DNA of 63,273 bases, counting the filler, from Salisapilia sapeloensis CBS 127946 (taxonomy: Eukaryota; Protista; Oomycota): NCBI GenBank assembly GCA_023334545.1. It is 7 parts of 7 records of this genome, joined end to end, with 100 filler letters (N's around TTAATTAATTAA, not from the genome) between each part and the next. Parts side by side here need not be neighbours in the genome. Positions count along the whole stretch, not along the records: positions 34,004 to 40,749 come from JAADVB010000547.1; positions 40,850 to 57,549 come from JAADVB010000351.1; 5 more parts are not named here. One strand, written 5' to 3'. The position numbers and the translations under genes are program-made. The notes beneath the pieces were generated by a model. It saw only the letters and a program-made list of their open reading frames with translations. It made no database searches and was not told the DNA's origin. Positions 34,565 through 44,981 of the stretch are shown here, piece after piece. Every line of letters begins with the position of its first letter. Within the stretch, counting starts at the first letter, position 1.

Positions 34565-35107
34565 AGAGTCGGTCGAGAAGACACATCCCCACGCTCCGGT
34601 ATGAATTTTCTGACACGTACTGTCGACTGGCATGACGCACTTGTCGACATCGGCGTAGCTTTCGAGGTAGTTGAGGCAGTCGGCCACAGCTACGTCACCC
34701 TTAACGGGACAGTTTGAACCCGCCGGCTGATCTCCATCGCCACTACAAATGGGTCCCTGGATACAGTAAGTAGCGTCATGCTCGACACTCACTTCGATAC
34801 ATCCCTCCGTCGGCATGTGCTCTGCAGCCACCGGACACGGGGTCTCGGCAGATACCGGGCACGGCGTCTCGGCAGAGATCGGACACGGCGTATCCGCGGA
34901 CACCGGGCATGGGGTGTCAGCAGATACCGGGCATGGCGTCTCGGCAGAGACTGGGCACGGAGTGTCAGCACTGACTGGGCAAGGAGTGTCTGCAGACACT
35001 GGGCAAGGAGTGTCAGCGCTGACTGGGCATGGCGTCGTCGGCGCCGGCGTGGGCTGCGCGGAGGCGACGGCCATGAAGGCAGCCGCGATTAACCACGGCG
35101 CTTTCAT
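34004..35107 (-). CDS. Secreted Pro/Cys-rich repeat protein with an oomycete Cys-rich mucin/CAR-type core domain; 3' end lost in the gap
   Basis: Signal peptide MKAPWLIAAAFMAVASA. Core VSVEHDATYCIQGPICSGDG..PAGSNCPVKGDVAVADC...C...TGAWGCVF, which I recognise from oomycete mucin-like surface proteins. Flanked by TPCP repeats. Confidence 0.85.
34820..35035 (-). repeat. Coding tandem repeat, 9 x 24 nt (TPCP[V/I][S/A]A[D/E])
   Basis: Counted in the translation; the DNA units differ mostly at third codon positions. Confidence 0.9.
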
Positions 35108-36122
35108 CTTTTTTTCTCTCACCTACGGCTGATTCACCAAAAGACAAAGTGGGTCGAAGATGAGGCGAGGGATGCTCGATTCTTGCAGCTCTTTTTCCAA
35201 CTGATTACGAGAAGTGCATTGCATACGGTGTACTAGCTTTTCGCGATCTGGTTTTGGATTTTTGTACTTGGAAGGAATGGTGTAGATCGAGATCATTCAT
35301 TTCATGCGGTTTTATAGGAAGGAGGCCTGCTCCAGGTAGAAGTACATCGATTCCGGCGCAGCTTCCGAAGGAGCGTTTTTTCTGGGTATCTGTAACTTAC
35401 GCCATCTGCGTGCTTATGCGTGATTTGAATGTGGGCGCTGGCCACTCAAGTTTTGAGTCACCACGCCAATGTTGAAGGTTGGAAAAGCTCAAGACTGAGA
35501 TTTCTACGTGAAAACGCACGTTGACTGGGTCCTGCGTTCTTTGCGGAAATACAATGAGCTGACAGATTCTGTATTTTAAAGGATTATAAACTAGCTTGTA
35601 CTTCCTTTGCATACGCACTGCATCTATCTCGCAAAAAAGCCTAGCACTATTCCATTTCTCTTGACCCCATTTCCTCGAGCAGAACATGACGATGACTTCC
35701 TTGACTAGCATTTGCTTCTTCAACCGAAAGCCCTTTACCAACGTACCTGGCAGAAAGATTTGGTAACCCAGACAGAAAGAAAAGAAAAAGAAAGATTCCT
35801 CGAAAGATTACTTCCGCTTGCGTACATCTCTCTACCCATGCTATACCCTTCGTCTATGTCAAAGCAGTAAGGCTTACACGTATAAAATAGAGTACGGTGA
35901 CATGTTAGCACGTCGATCAGACTATATCATCTGTAGGAGACTTGGAAGGATGGATTCACGAACATATTCCATTCTATTCGACTGATAAAGGGGTCGAAAA
36001 AAGATGATAGCGATCGCAAAAGGTGACTCTATTTAATGATCACGTAGCTACCGACACCGCTGTATGCTGAAGTGGCATCCTGCCTTCATACGTGCAGAAT
36101 CCAACTATTCGCCGTGGCGTCT

Positions 36123-37025
36123 CTACTTTTTTGTATTGTACGCCAAACTCTCTTGGTTGAGCGGATTCTCGGGCGACTTTCGCCACTACAAAACCACACA
36201 CGTCAGTTCTTATCTTCATATAACAAATCCTATCATTAAGACATACGATATCGCTTAGCTTTTGCTTATACTGTGACAATTTCAATCCCGGGTACTCTTC
36301 CTTGAGCTCTGGCATCATTCGCTCCTCGAATGCCTTGTACGCCTACATACGTATCCTCGAGTGAGCTTCAAGTCGAATAAAAAGTTTCCAGAGTAACCTA
36401 CCGCCTTCGCTCGCTTCTCCGGATGCTTCTTAGGGCCATTGTCCGATACACCAAGCACATCAAGCGCCTGGTCCAAGCCATGCGCATCGCCGTCAGGATC
36501 CACTTCACGATTACGGTTCTCCTGGATGTCGGCATTACCAAACTGGATGCCCTTGTTCTTGTTTTGACTCTGCCTCTCCGCCTCTTCCTTCTCCTTTCGA
36601 GCCTGGATCTGTGCCTGCGTCACCTTTCCACCTCCAACAGGGTTCATAGGCTTCCTGTTTCTATTTCCAGCCTTCTTCTTCGGTGCTGCAGCCAGCAGCG
36701 CGTCTTCCCATGGCTTACTCGCCGGCTCATTCTTAGTCTTTTTATTCTGACGAATCAACTTCTTATCCTCCTGCTTGCCTAGCGTCTCGTCCTCCATGGC
36801 CTTCAGACGTTCCTTTTCAGCCTTCTTCGCATCCGCCTCCTGACGCTTCCGTTCTTCTTCCTCACGCTTGCGCTGACCTCGCTTGTCTGCACCTTGGTTC
36901 CACTCAGCTGCGAGCTTCGCTTCTGCTTGAGCAGCAGCCTTGGCATCCTTTTCAGCCTGCGCACCAGCCTTCTTGGCCTTGGCAGCCTCTACCTTGGTAT
37001 TCGCTCCTCCCTTGTTCTTCCCCAT
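36123..37025 (-). CDS. CCDC124: CCDC124 (Lso2-like ribosome-binding factor); complement(join(36123..36185,36247..36342,36402..37025))
   Basis: N-terminal NTKVEAAKAKK and spliced C-terminal HPEKRAKAAYKAFEERMMPELKEEYPGLKLSQYKQKLSDIWRKSPENPLNQ. Introns of 59 and 61 nt, GT-AG. Confidence 0.9.
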
Positions 37026-37187
37026 TGTGGACTAGTGGCACGCGCCTTCTTCCAGAAGTTCTTATTGTTGTTAATGGCCATATTCCCGTTCAGAACATGT
37101 TTCCAAACACAATCTGATAACTATAAAGCAACATAATGTTATGAAAATGTTGGGAAAATGTTGGGAATACACAAGTCGAGCAACAAG

Positions 37188-38013
37188 ATGGCTGCTAGTG
37201 CGTATAAGAAGACGGTGGGCGGTAAGCTCAAGCTAAAAGGTTCTTCTTCGACAAAGTAAGTCTAGTTGCATTTATAGGCTCTATTGGGATGCTTATGATG
37301 TATTGTAGGAAAAAGAAAAGTCACAAGAAACGCAGTCGAGAGGATAATTCCAAGACGGACGAAGCGGTTGAGAAGCAGACATACGAACTAGTCAAGCAGC
37401 AAGGAACTGGACGTATCTTGTCGTCTGGAACCACTTTGATGGGTCAACCAGGCACAAAGTTCTTGCAAGAGCTGTCGACTGGAGATGCATTAAGTGTACA
37501 GCATCCAAGTTCGCTCGTCGAGGAGACTCGAATTGTTCGAATGGTGCTGAGCGACGTATCAGCGTCCATTAGTTCAGCCTTTAGCTCCGATCTAGTCAGC
37601 TCCACGCCATTCCATTATATTAAGGCACCACCAGAGGAAGAAGCGAATAAAGAAGAAAAGAAGGTAGAACAGTCGACTCGTTTGACACTACGTTCGAGCT
37701 CTCATTCTTTTCTTTTGTAGCTGAAGAAGAAGCAAAAGAAGGAGACGGACGAAAAAACAGCCTTCGGGACGTATGCTGGTGGGACAGATGCAGGGTCGCA
37801 GTACACTTACCGAGTGAAAAAAGGTGGAGCCTATGGAGGGTATGCGATCATGAAAGAGGTACCATTATACACTTACTGCCGTGTAGATGTAGGCATCATG
37901 AATATGATTGGTGATTGATTTGGATTGTACTCTAGGATGCTGGTGTCAGCCGAAGTCGAGAAGATTTGTTGGATATACGGGAGAAAAAGAAAGGGGATCG
38001 CCATTGTATGTAG
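37188..38013 (+). CDS. Conserved-looking protein of unknown function, 212 aa; join(37188..37255,37309..37663,37721..37858,37936..38013)
   Basis: Three GT-AG introns (53, 57 and 77 nt) give one continuous frame: GGKLKLKG (FAM32-like start), GTGRILSSGTTLMG, YTYRVKKGGAYGGY, SREDLLDIREKKKGDRHCM. Confidence 0.8.
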
Positions 38014-39670
38014 GTAGGATTTTACGATTGTAACAGGATCCCATTGCCTACGATTTATAGATTGGCTTGCATGAATCTATTTTTATCGTTAAAGTTTTTA
38101 TGAATGGAATCAATGCGGTTCCAAATTATTTTTTAAAAGCTAGTAGAAGGTCGGAGTTAAGTATATTAAGGCTATAGGTATCGAATCATGCCATTTCTTG
38201 ATGGCTGCTGGCGTGCTCGGATGAGACAGGAAAGCATCATTTGTGTTCGTCATCAGATGCAGCTGACTATGGATACCGCGATATCACCATGGAACATGAA
38301 CTAGTCTAACGTTTAGCTACTATGCTCTTGTCGTATCCACAGCAAGAACGAAAAGTTATATGTATATTAACTTTCTTGAATGTCTGCTTCGAGAGAACTT
38401 CTGGGATAGATCAAATCTCCATCTTTACTTTGATTGAGTTTGTTCATCAAGTAGACTGATGAGATTATACCTGTCACAGTTCTTGTCTTAATGGCTCTAA
38501 TTGAGGCTGCTACTCGGTAGGTCAGCACAGGACATCCATGAAGGCCGAATAGGAATAACGTCACAAGCTAATCGCCTATGTTGACAATTTCGTCATGCGA
38601 CTATGGGCATCATACCATACCACCGCTTCGGAAATATACTCGATCTTTGCGACCGACGTGAACTACCTCGACAACGACGCTCGAACGGTCATTGGCGTCT
38701 ACCCAAAGGAAGTTTGTATCAAGCATCCGCATGACATACAGCTAGATCTATACTCGCACAAAGTCGAACTGGTGTAGCTGATTGATGTGGTAATCCAAGA
38801 CCCGTGTTGGTGGAGGTGAGTGCATTAAGTGTGAAAATTGTTTTCGAGTCACTTGACAAAGTATGTTTGTAGAACACCGTAGCTCACTTGTGGCACCATG
38901 GCCGAATGAAACCAAATCGTGTACAGGTACAAATGATTCCTAGACTCCACTTGCAAAGCTACAGTGATGGGTCTACTTTCAGCAATATCTGTCTTTCATT
39001 TAATGCTGTATCGAACAAAGGAGGAAAGCTGGTAATAGGACGACTAGAATATTCTTCTTCACTACGTACGCCAGATGATCTACGGATAATAAGCTGCTGA
39101 ATCGAAGCTTTTGGCAAAGAATGAACCCGATACCTATACCAAAATGCGGCATGGAAAGCGGTCAAAATAGGCTGGAAACGTCGGCACTCAATAACTGCAT
39201 TGGTACTGTAGCGAGACTAAATCCTTCCGCTTTCGATCCAGATAGTAACCAAATTTTAGCGCAAGTAGACGCATGCTACTATAGAGATCTTTCAAATACT
39301 CGAGCGACTAGTCGAAGGCCTTTTGCCAACAGTACAAGGGATCCTATCATTCCATTGTGAACTACTTTTCACGGTAATCAGATAAATCCACGACGAGTTT
39401 TGTCGCATTGGCAAACGCACACAGGATCCCTACCTCTTCTTCGAAATCTGTTTCAGTCACATGCGTCTCCCTGGATATCCACTCCTTTCGAACAATCTTC
39501 GTACGGCAGTACAACAGCACTGGCGTGGTTCATGTCGCGATAAGGTGTTGGTGTGCTTAATGGATGCAACGTCCTGTAGTAGTAATACTACAATGCATCG
39601 ATAGACAAGTAGAACGATCCATTATCATTATTAATTTTGCGTCATAAGCATCAATTGATTGACAAGCAAG

Positions 39671-40749
39671 ATGGTCCGTTTATCTTCTGCACTAGTCCTG
39701 AGCGCTGTTGCTGCTGCTACCGTGGCTCAGACGGAAGCCCAGAGCTTTACGCTTCGAGGCATCAACTACAATAGCCGTGATGGTCCGGATTGGGCTCCTG
39801 AAGACCAAAAGTGTAAGACGTCGGATGAAATCACTGCCGATCTCCAGACACTCAAGGGTCTCTCGTCCAACCTCCGTCTCTACAGTCTCATGGACTGCAA
39901 CCAGGATGCAAACGTCATCCCGAAGGCCATTGACATGGGTTTCAAGCTCGATGTCGGTCTCTGGGTTGGCGTCGACGGAGCTGGTTTCAACGAAGAAAAG
40001 GGTCGTCTCCAGTCGCTCGTTAACCAAGGGCTCATCACTCCTGACAACGTCGCTCAGATCCATGTCGGTAGTGAAGCTGTCTACCGTGAAGACGTTACGG
40101 TGGATGCCATCATCGGTTACTACAACGAGATTAAGCAAATGGTCCCGGATATTCCACTTACCATCGCCGATATTGGCGACTCGTTCCTGTACAACCCAAA
40201 GATGATCGAAGCCGTCGACTTTGTCAGTGCCAACTACTTCCCGTTCTGGGAGAAGACTGACATTAACGACGCTGTCAACCGGTTCTGGGATCGATACTCG
40301 GAGCTCTTGAACAAAGCTAAGAGCATGGGCAAGACAGTCAAGCTCAGTGAGACTGGCTGGGCGTCTGAAGGACAGAGCGACGACGCGAGTGCCGCAACTC
40401 CCGAGAACGCTGCCAAGTACCTTCGTGACTTTGTCCTTCTCGCGGAAGAAAAGGACATTGACTACTACTACTTTGAAGGTATTGATGAGGCATGGAAGAA
40501 TGAAATGGCTGAAAAAGATGCGACGGTTGAAGGATCGTTCGGTATCTACCAGGCAGACCGTCAGCTCAAGCCTACGATCGCCGCCATCAACTGGTCTGGT
40601 AACGAAGGTGGCTCTTGCCCGAACACGGAGAACGACGTAGACTACGCCGGAAACGATATTACGACGGTCTGGGGTGTCAAGCTGGAGCAGTGCTGTGACA
40701 TCTGTGCCAGTGATGCTCGCTGCAACGCCTTCGCGTATGTGCGTGATTC
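39671..40749 (+). CDS. Secreted GH17 beta-1,3-glucanase/glucanosyltransferase with a C-terminal PAN/Apple domain; 3' end lost in the gap
   Basis: Signal peptide, then GINYNSR, IHVGSEAVYR (acid/base Glu), ANYFPFW, LSETGW (nucleophile Glu) and YYFEGIDEAWK. Ends C..ENDVDYAGNDI...CCDIC...CNAF (PAN). Confidence 0.9.
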
Positions 40750-40849
40750 NNNNNNNNNNNNNNNNNNNNNNNNNNNNNNNNNNNNNNNNNNNNTTAATTA
40801 ATTAANNNNNNNNNNNNNNNNNNNNNNNNNNNNNNNNNNNNNNNNNNNN
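40750..40849. other. Assembly spacer
   Basis: 44 N + TTAATTAATTAA + 44 N. Confidence 0.97.
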
Positions 40850-41684
40850 CCACAGTCGACCAAGAATTCACCGCAGTCTGCATGCACGTTGAGACATAAA
40901 ATGCATTGAACAACTCTACGGAGAAAACGGTGGTGTGTATAATATCTTCCGGCATAGATAAAAGTAGGTTTGCCATTAAATTCTTCATGAACACTTTGAT
41001 GACAGGAAGCACGAGTACAAACGCAGCTTGTTCCAGACCTTGGAGTCTGACAAAGACAGCAGAGAAAGCTGGGTATACAACTATAAGCGTAGCTTGTGCG
41101 AGCAGCAACTTGATAGTTAGTCCAACCGTTTGATAGACGTTCGAATTGGTCAAATGATCCGTGTCAAAGACGACTAGAATTGACAGTCCAATAGCTAACA
41201 CTCCTAGTGTGAGCAGTATCAGGAGACTGTATGGGATTGGAAATGTCCAGATATAGCCAAAGAGCATCATTAATCCTGTCTGGACGACCACGGTGACGCT
41301 AGACGAGAAAATGAGAATTCGCATCGGTATAAAAACTTCTGAATGTGCTTGTAGAAGCTGGATCCAACAGGCAAGTGTGCATATAAACTGAAATCCCGAA
41401 GATCGAATGAAGAACATGTAGTTAGCTTTCCACCCTGCTGTTGGAGACACTAACGGAATGCATTCCAGACCAATTATGCACACTATTGCTGGTACTGGCA
41501 CTAGTAGAATAAGAGCAATGCTGCTTGTCCATGGCTTTGCTGAATATTCTTGAAACGCTTTTATTGCCTCCACGGAGTAGACTCCTTTCCGAGATACTTG
41601 GAGCCGTTTATACGTTTCCACCGTATGCTCTAGGCCGATATACTGAGTGAACCGATGAGGAAATGCATGCGGAGTGGTAGGCAT
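40850..41684 (-). CDS. Oomycete multi-pass membrane protein family member (unknown function); 3' end lost in the gap
   Basis: QVSRKGVYSVE...PVPAIV...ECIPL.SP..GWKANYMFFIR, followed by about 7 hydrophobic spans. The pattern is typical of an expanded oomycete family. Confidence 0.7.
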
Positions 41685-41850
41685 CGTATACAACGAAATA
41701 CCTTTATGTTATTTTAAGCGAAAGTTGTCCAGTTACTTCGAGCTGGTAATCTGAAACGTGTTGCTAATCTATTGCTGGTACATGTAGATACTCATAAAAG
41801 ATGAAGTCATGATAAGTTTTTTGTGTTTGTTGAATGGTAAAGATTTAGAC

Positions 41851-44517
41851 TTAAGGTACCGGAGTTTTGGCTAGTTCCCTTCTTAAAGATCGAAATGACC
41901 ATGACAGAATATCTTGTGTTTGCCATGCTGTCTCTCCAGTGGATGCAGAGAACCCCACCCAAGCTCTTCCATGGTTCAATTCAATCGTTTCCTCAATGCG
42001 AAGGGGAACCATGAGCACAGGCTTATTCATGTCATCAAGATAGATAGATACAATTCCAATGCCTGAATCCCATGCACCATTCGCAAAAAAATCTCCTGCG
42101 ACAGTAGAAGCAACGAATGAAGGCGAGAATAGCCTACAAGAATATCGAGTTAGATGTCAAAAGATGCAATAACACGTCACTTACTTTTGCTCGTCCACAT
42201 TTGGGTCGTAGACTATACGAACAGCATGCAAATCTGTTGTCAGGTCTGGTATGCTTACAGTTGAACCGAGCGATTGTGTATGATTAGCTCTCACAGGCAT
42301 GATCTTGTCACCAATGTGGACGCTAATATGATTTTCAAATGCATCACTTTGCTCAAAGTTGTACCATGTATCAAATTCCATAGCTATTCCATTTCGCAGA
42401 CCTCCATACCCAAGTTCCATACCACCATTCCCTACTGCCATCGCTCCGTCATTTTGTATGACAAAAGCAAACCCATCCCCTCCACGTGATCTACACCTTG
42501 TGTACGTGTCGTCCATGCGCTTGCAGTTTGTAGACGGGTTGGCAATACGGAAAGTGAAAGTAGTATCGAAACCTTCACGCACATTCATAGAGCGAGGATA
42601 CCATGCACTTCCAGTTTGGAATGGGTGGGATGAAGTTAGTCGAAGCGATGGTCCACAGCTGGATGTAATTGGTGCAATGTTCTCATGTAAGCTACCGTCA
42701 TACACAGATGCAGGAACCATTTTCTTTGATGGAGACGGAAGGGCACTATCACTGTTACTACGCACGGATCGTGTAGTGTATGAATTGATGTAAGTGGACG
42801 CGCGTGTCTCGACTTCACCACAAATGTATTCACAGGAGTCCACGTGAGCACCTTCATTATCCACATTGTACCCATCGCAGCAACTCACGGTGATATTGCA
42901 ATTCTCAATCTATCATGAAGATATTATAAATATTATAGGAGCAATGTTCATACAGATCGCCACCTGTGCGTCGCCATTTATCGTCAGTCCAAAGTGACCC
43001 TGGTCACCGATTTCGCCTGTCGGACCACGTGTTGGCTCGAAAGTGGGAGGTGAAAGTGCTGACAAGTTGGTAGCTTGGCCTGCGCTGAACGTTACGAAGG
43101 AGATGTCTGTAGATTAAGGAAGTCAGATGGATGGAATCTACTTGAAGAATGGATGGAGTGAGTATACCTTGCTGAAATGTCGAAATACAGTCGGACAGGG
43201 GAGAGCTGCTTCCTACGATTGCGTTCGGGTCCATTGTACGGCGACCATACAGATCGATATCTTGCAGTTTCTCTCCAAGACGTTGGTCTTCCGTTAAGGC
43301 GGAAACCTGAAATTCGTAGTCTGTACTAAGATCAAGTCCAATTATACTCGTGGAAGTCACATTCCCGACAACTATGTTATTGTCATCAAGAAACAAAGTC
43401 TCTTCACACTGCTTCCATTCGATCAAGTACCCTGTCACAGTAAGACTTTCTCGTACAGACATTGGCGCTTTCCAATTGACATCGACTGCATGGGCAGCTT
43501 GGTTAGAAATCACAGGTTTGTCCATCAAGTGCACAGGTGATGCAAACGCTAGCATGGAACTGCTTTCTTGTAATCCTGGTAGCCTACCATTGCGTACTTG
43601 GACATTAGACGGATAGAACGGCTTTTGCATCCATTCAGGCTGTACAGGTGGAAGTGTACATTGTAGCTCGGTTTCTGGTATAGTATGCACGATATCGATG
43701 CAACGCACACCATCAATTGTAACTAGAGCATTACTTGTTCCAAAATGCTTTCCACGAATGGTAATGCGTTCACCGCCAGATCGAGCACAATTATAGGTGG
43801 ATACGATTGGTAAAGACATTGGAGTACACGATCTAGTGATTGATTCGTGAATTCCATTCGTGTAATGTCTCATCTCACTACAATTGACTTTCGGACCTCC
43901 GACGAGATCGTGTTCATAGAATTCATCAATGCAGCCTCGCACTTGAGTTACAAGAGGAGCTTTATCATAACAGTTGAGTTTATAAATCTTTACAAAAAAG
44001 TTGAACGTCGGAGCATACCTTTTGCGAAAGCTACCCAATCGAGTTGAAAGCCATGACCACTTTCTCGAGACGTGGGAGGTGCTGGTAATGTACAAGGATG
44101 AAACCTCACACGTCGGATCATACCCGTCACATGCTTCCACAGTGGAATGTAATATATGACAAAGTCTAGAGCATTTTGTACTTGAAAAGGGATTTCCACT
44201 GGATTGTGTAACTCGTGTTGGCGAAATACAGTGGTCATTTCGTCTGGAGCATCTCGATCAATAGAGATCATCCCCGTGTCACACTGACCATGGTAGCGTA
44301 ATCGAAAGACTAAATAGTCCCTTTCATCTGCTTCAATGATAGTATAGAGAGGGGGAGAGTCGATGAAAGCACCATTGACATTTCCACTGAGTAGCAGGTT
44401 GCCTTGGAGGTATCCATATAAAGCCTTTACATCGATTCCCATATCCAGTGGCGTCGCTTCACCCCATCCACTCGGTCCATCATCATACTCCCACATAGCT
44501 ATATGATGCATCAGTAC
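41851..44517 (-). CDS. Multidomain CBM-like + IPT/TIG + FN3 + legume-lectin (L-type) protein; exons 44019..44517, 43168..43959, 42964..43106, 42185..42909, 41851..42133; 5' end unresolved
   Basis: Four frame-consistent GT-AG introns (59, 61, 54 and 51 nt). IPT: SGGERITIRGKHFG. FN3: VNWKAP...GYLIEW...GLDLSTDYEFQVSA. Lectin: LRLTS..QTGSAWY, GGDGFAFVIQ, IAMEFDTWYN, AWVGFSASTG..ILSWSF. Confidence 0.8.
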
Positions 44518-44981
44518 CTAGATAAGATCGTACATCTCATAAAGCGTACTTGGAATCGACTTGATCCTATCAGCCGACAAGGACGTGGCCATCATACCAC
44601 ACAAGATACCAAACCTTTTGATCCACAATATCATTTCTCACTTTGCAAAATGGACAAATATGAAGAGACATATTCAAGAGGCACATGCAAAGACGGAAGA
44701 GATGCTCTATTCGACTTGACCTTGCCCATATCCAAGTTGAAACGCCTGTTCGCACCTCTTAAAGATCTCGAACTTCTCGTCCACTCGTTCCACATTCGCA
44801 GTCAATTATCGTCTCACCAAACATCTATCCGTTGTCATCTCCTTTCTCATCTTTACGTTCATCTATATAATATAAACCAGTAAATCTGTCCAAATACATC
44901 AAGTGGTCTGAAAAAATGTGACATGAAAACGACTTTTCACCGCCAGACCCAAAAGCAAAGAATTCGAGGCGGGAACGAACG

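Noticed and set aside
34004-35035. Regular 24-nt repeats as a possible CRISPR array
   Set aside because: They are in-frame coding tandem repeats without unique spacers, vary at third codon positions, and lie in a eukaryotic gene.
38100-39650. Possible gene in the interval between the 37188 gene and GH17
   Set aside because: All frames I translated are interrupted and show no recognisable motif or coherent splice model.
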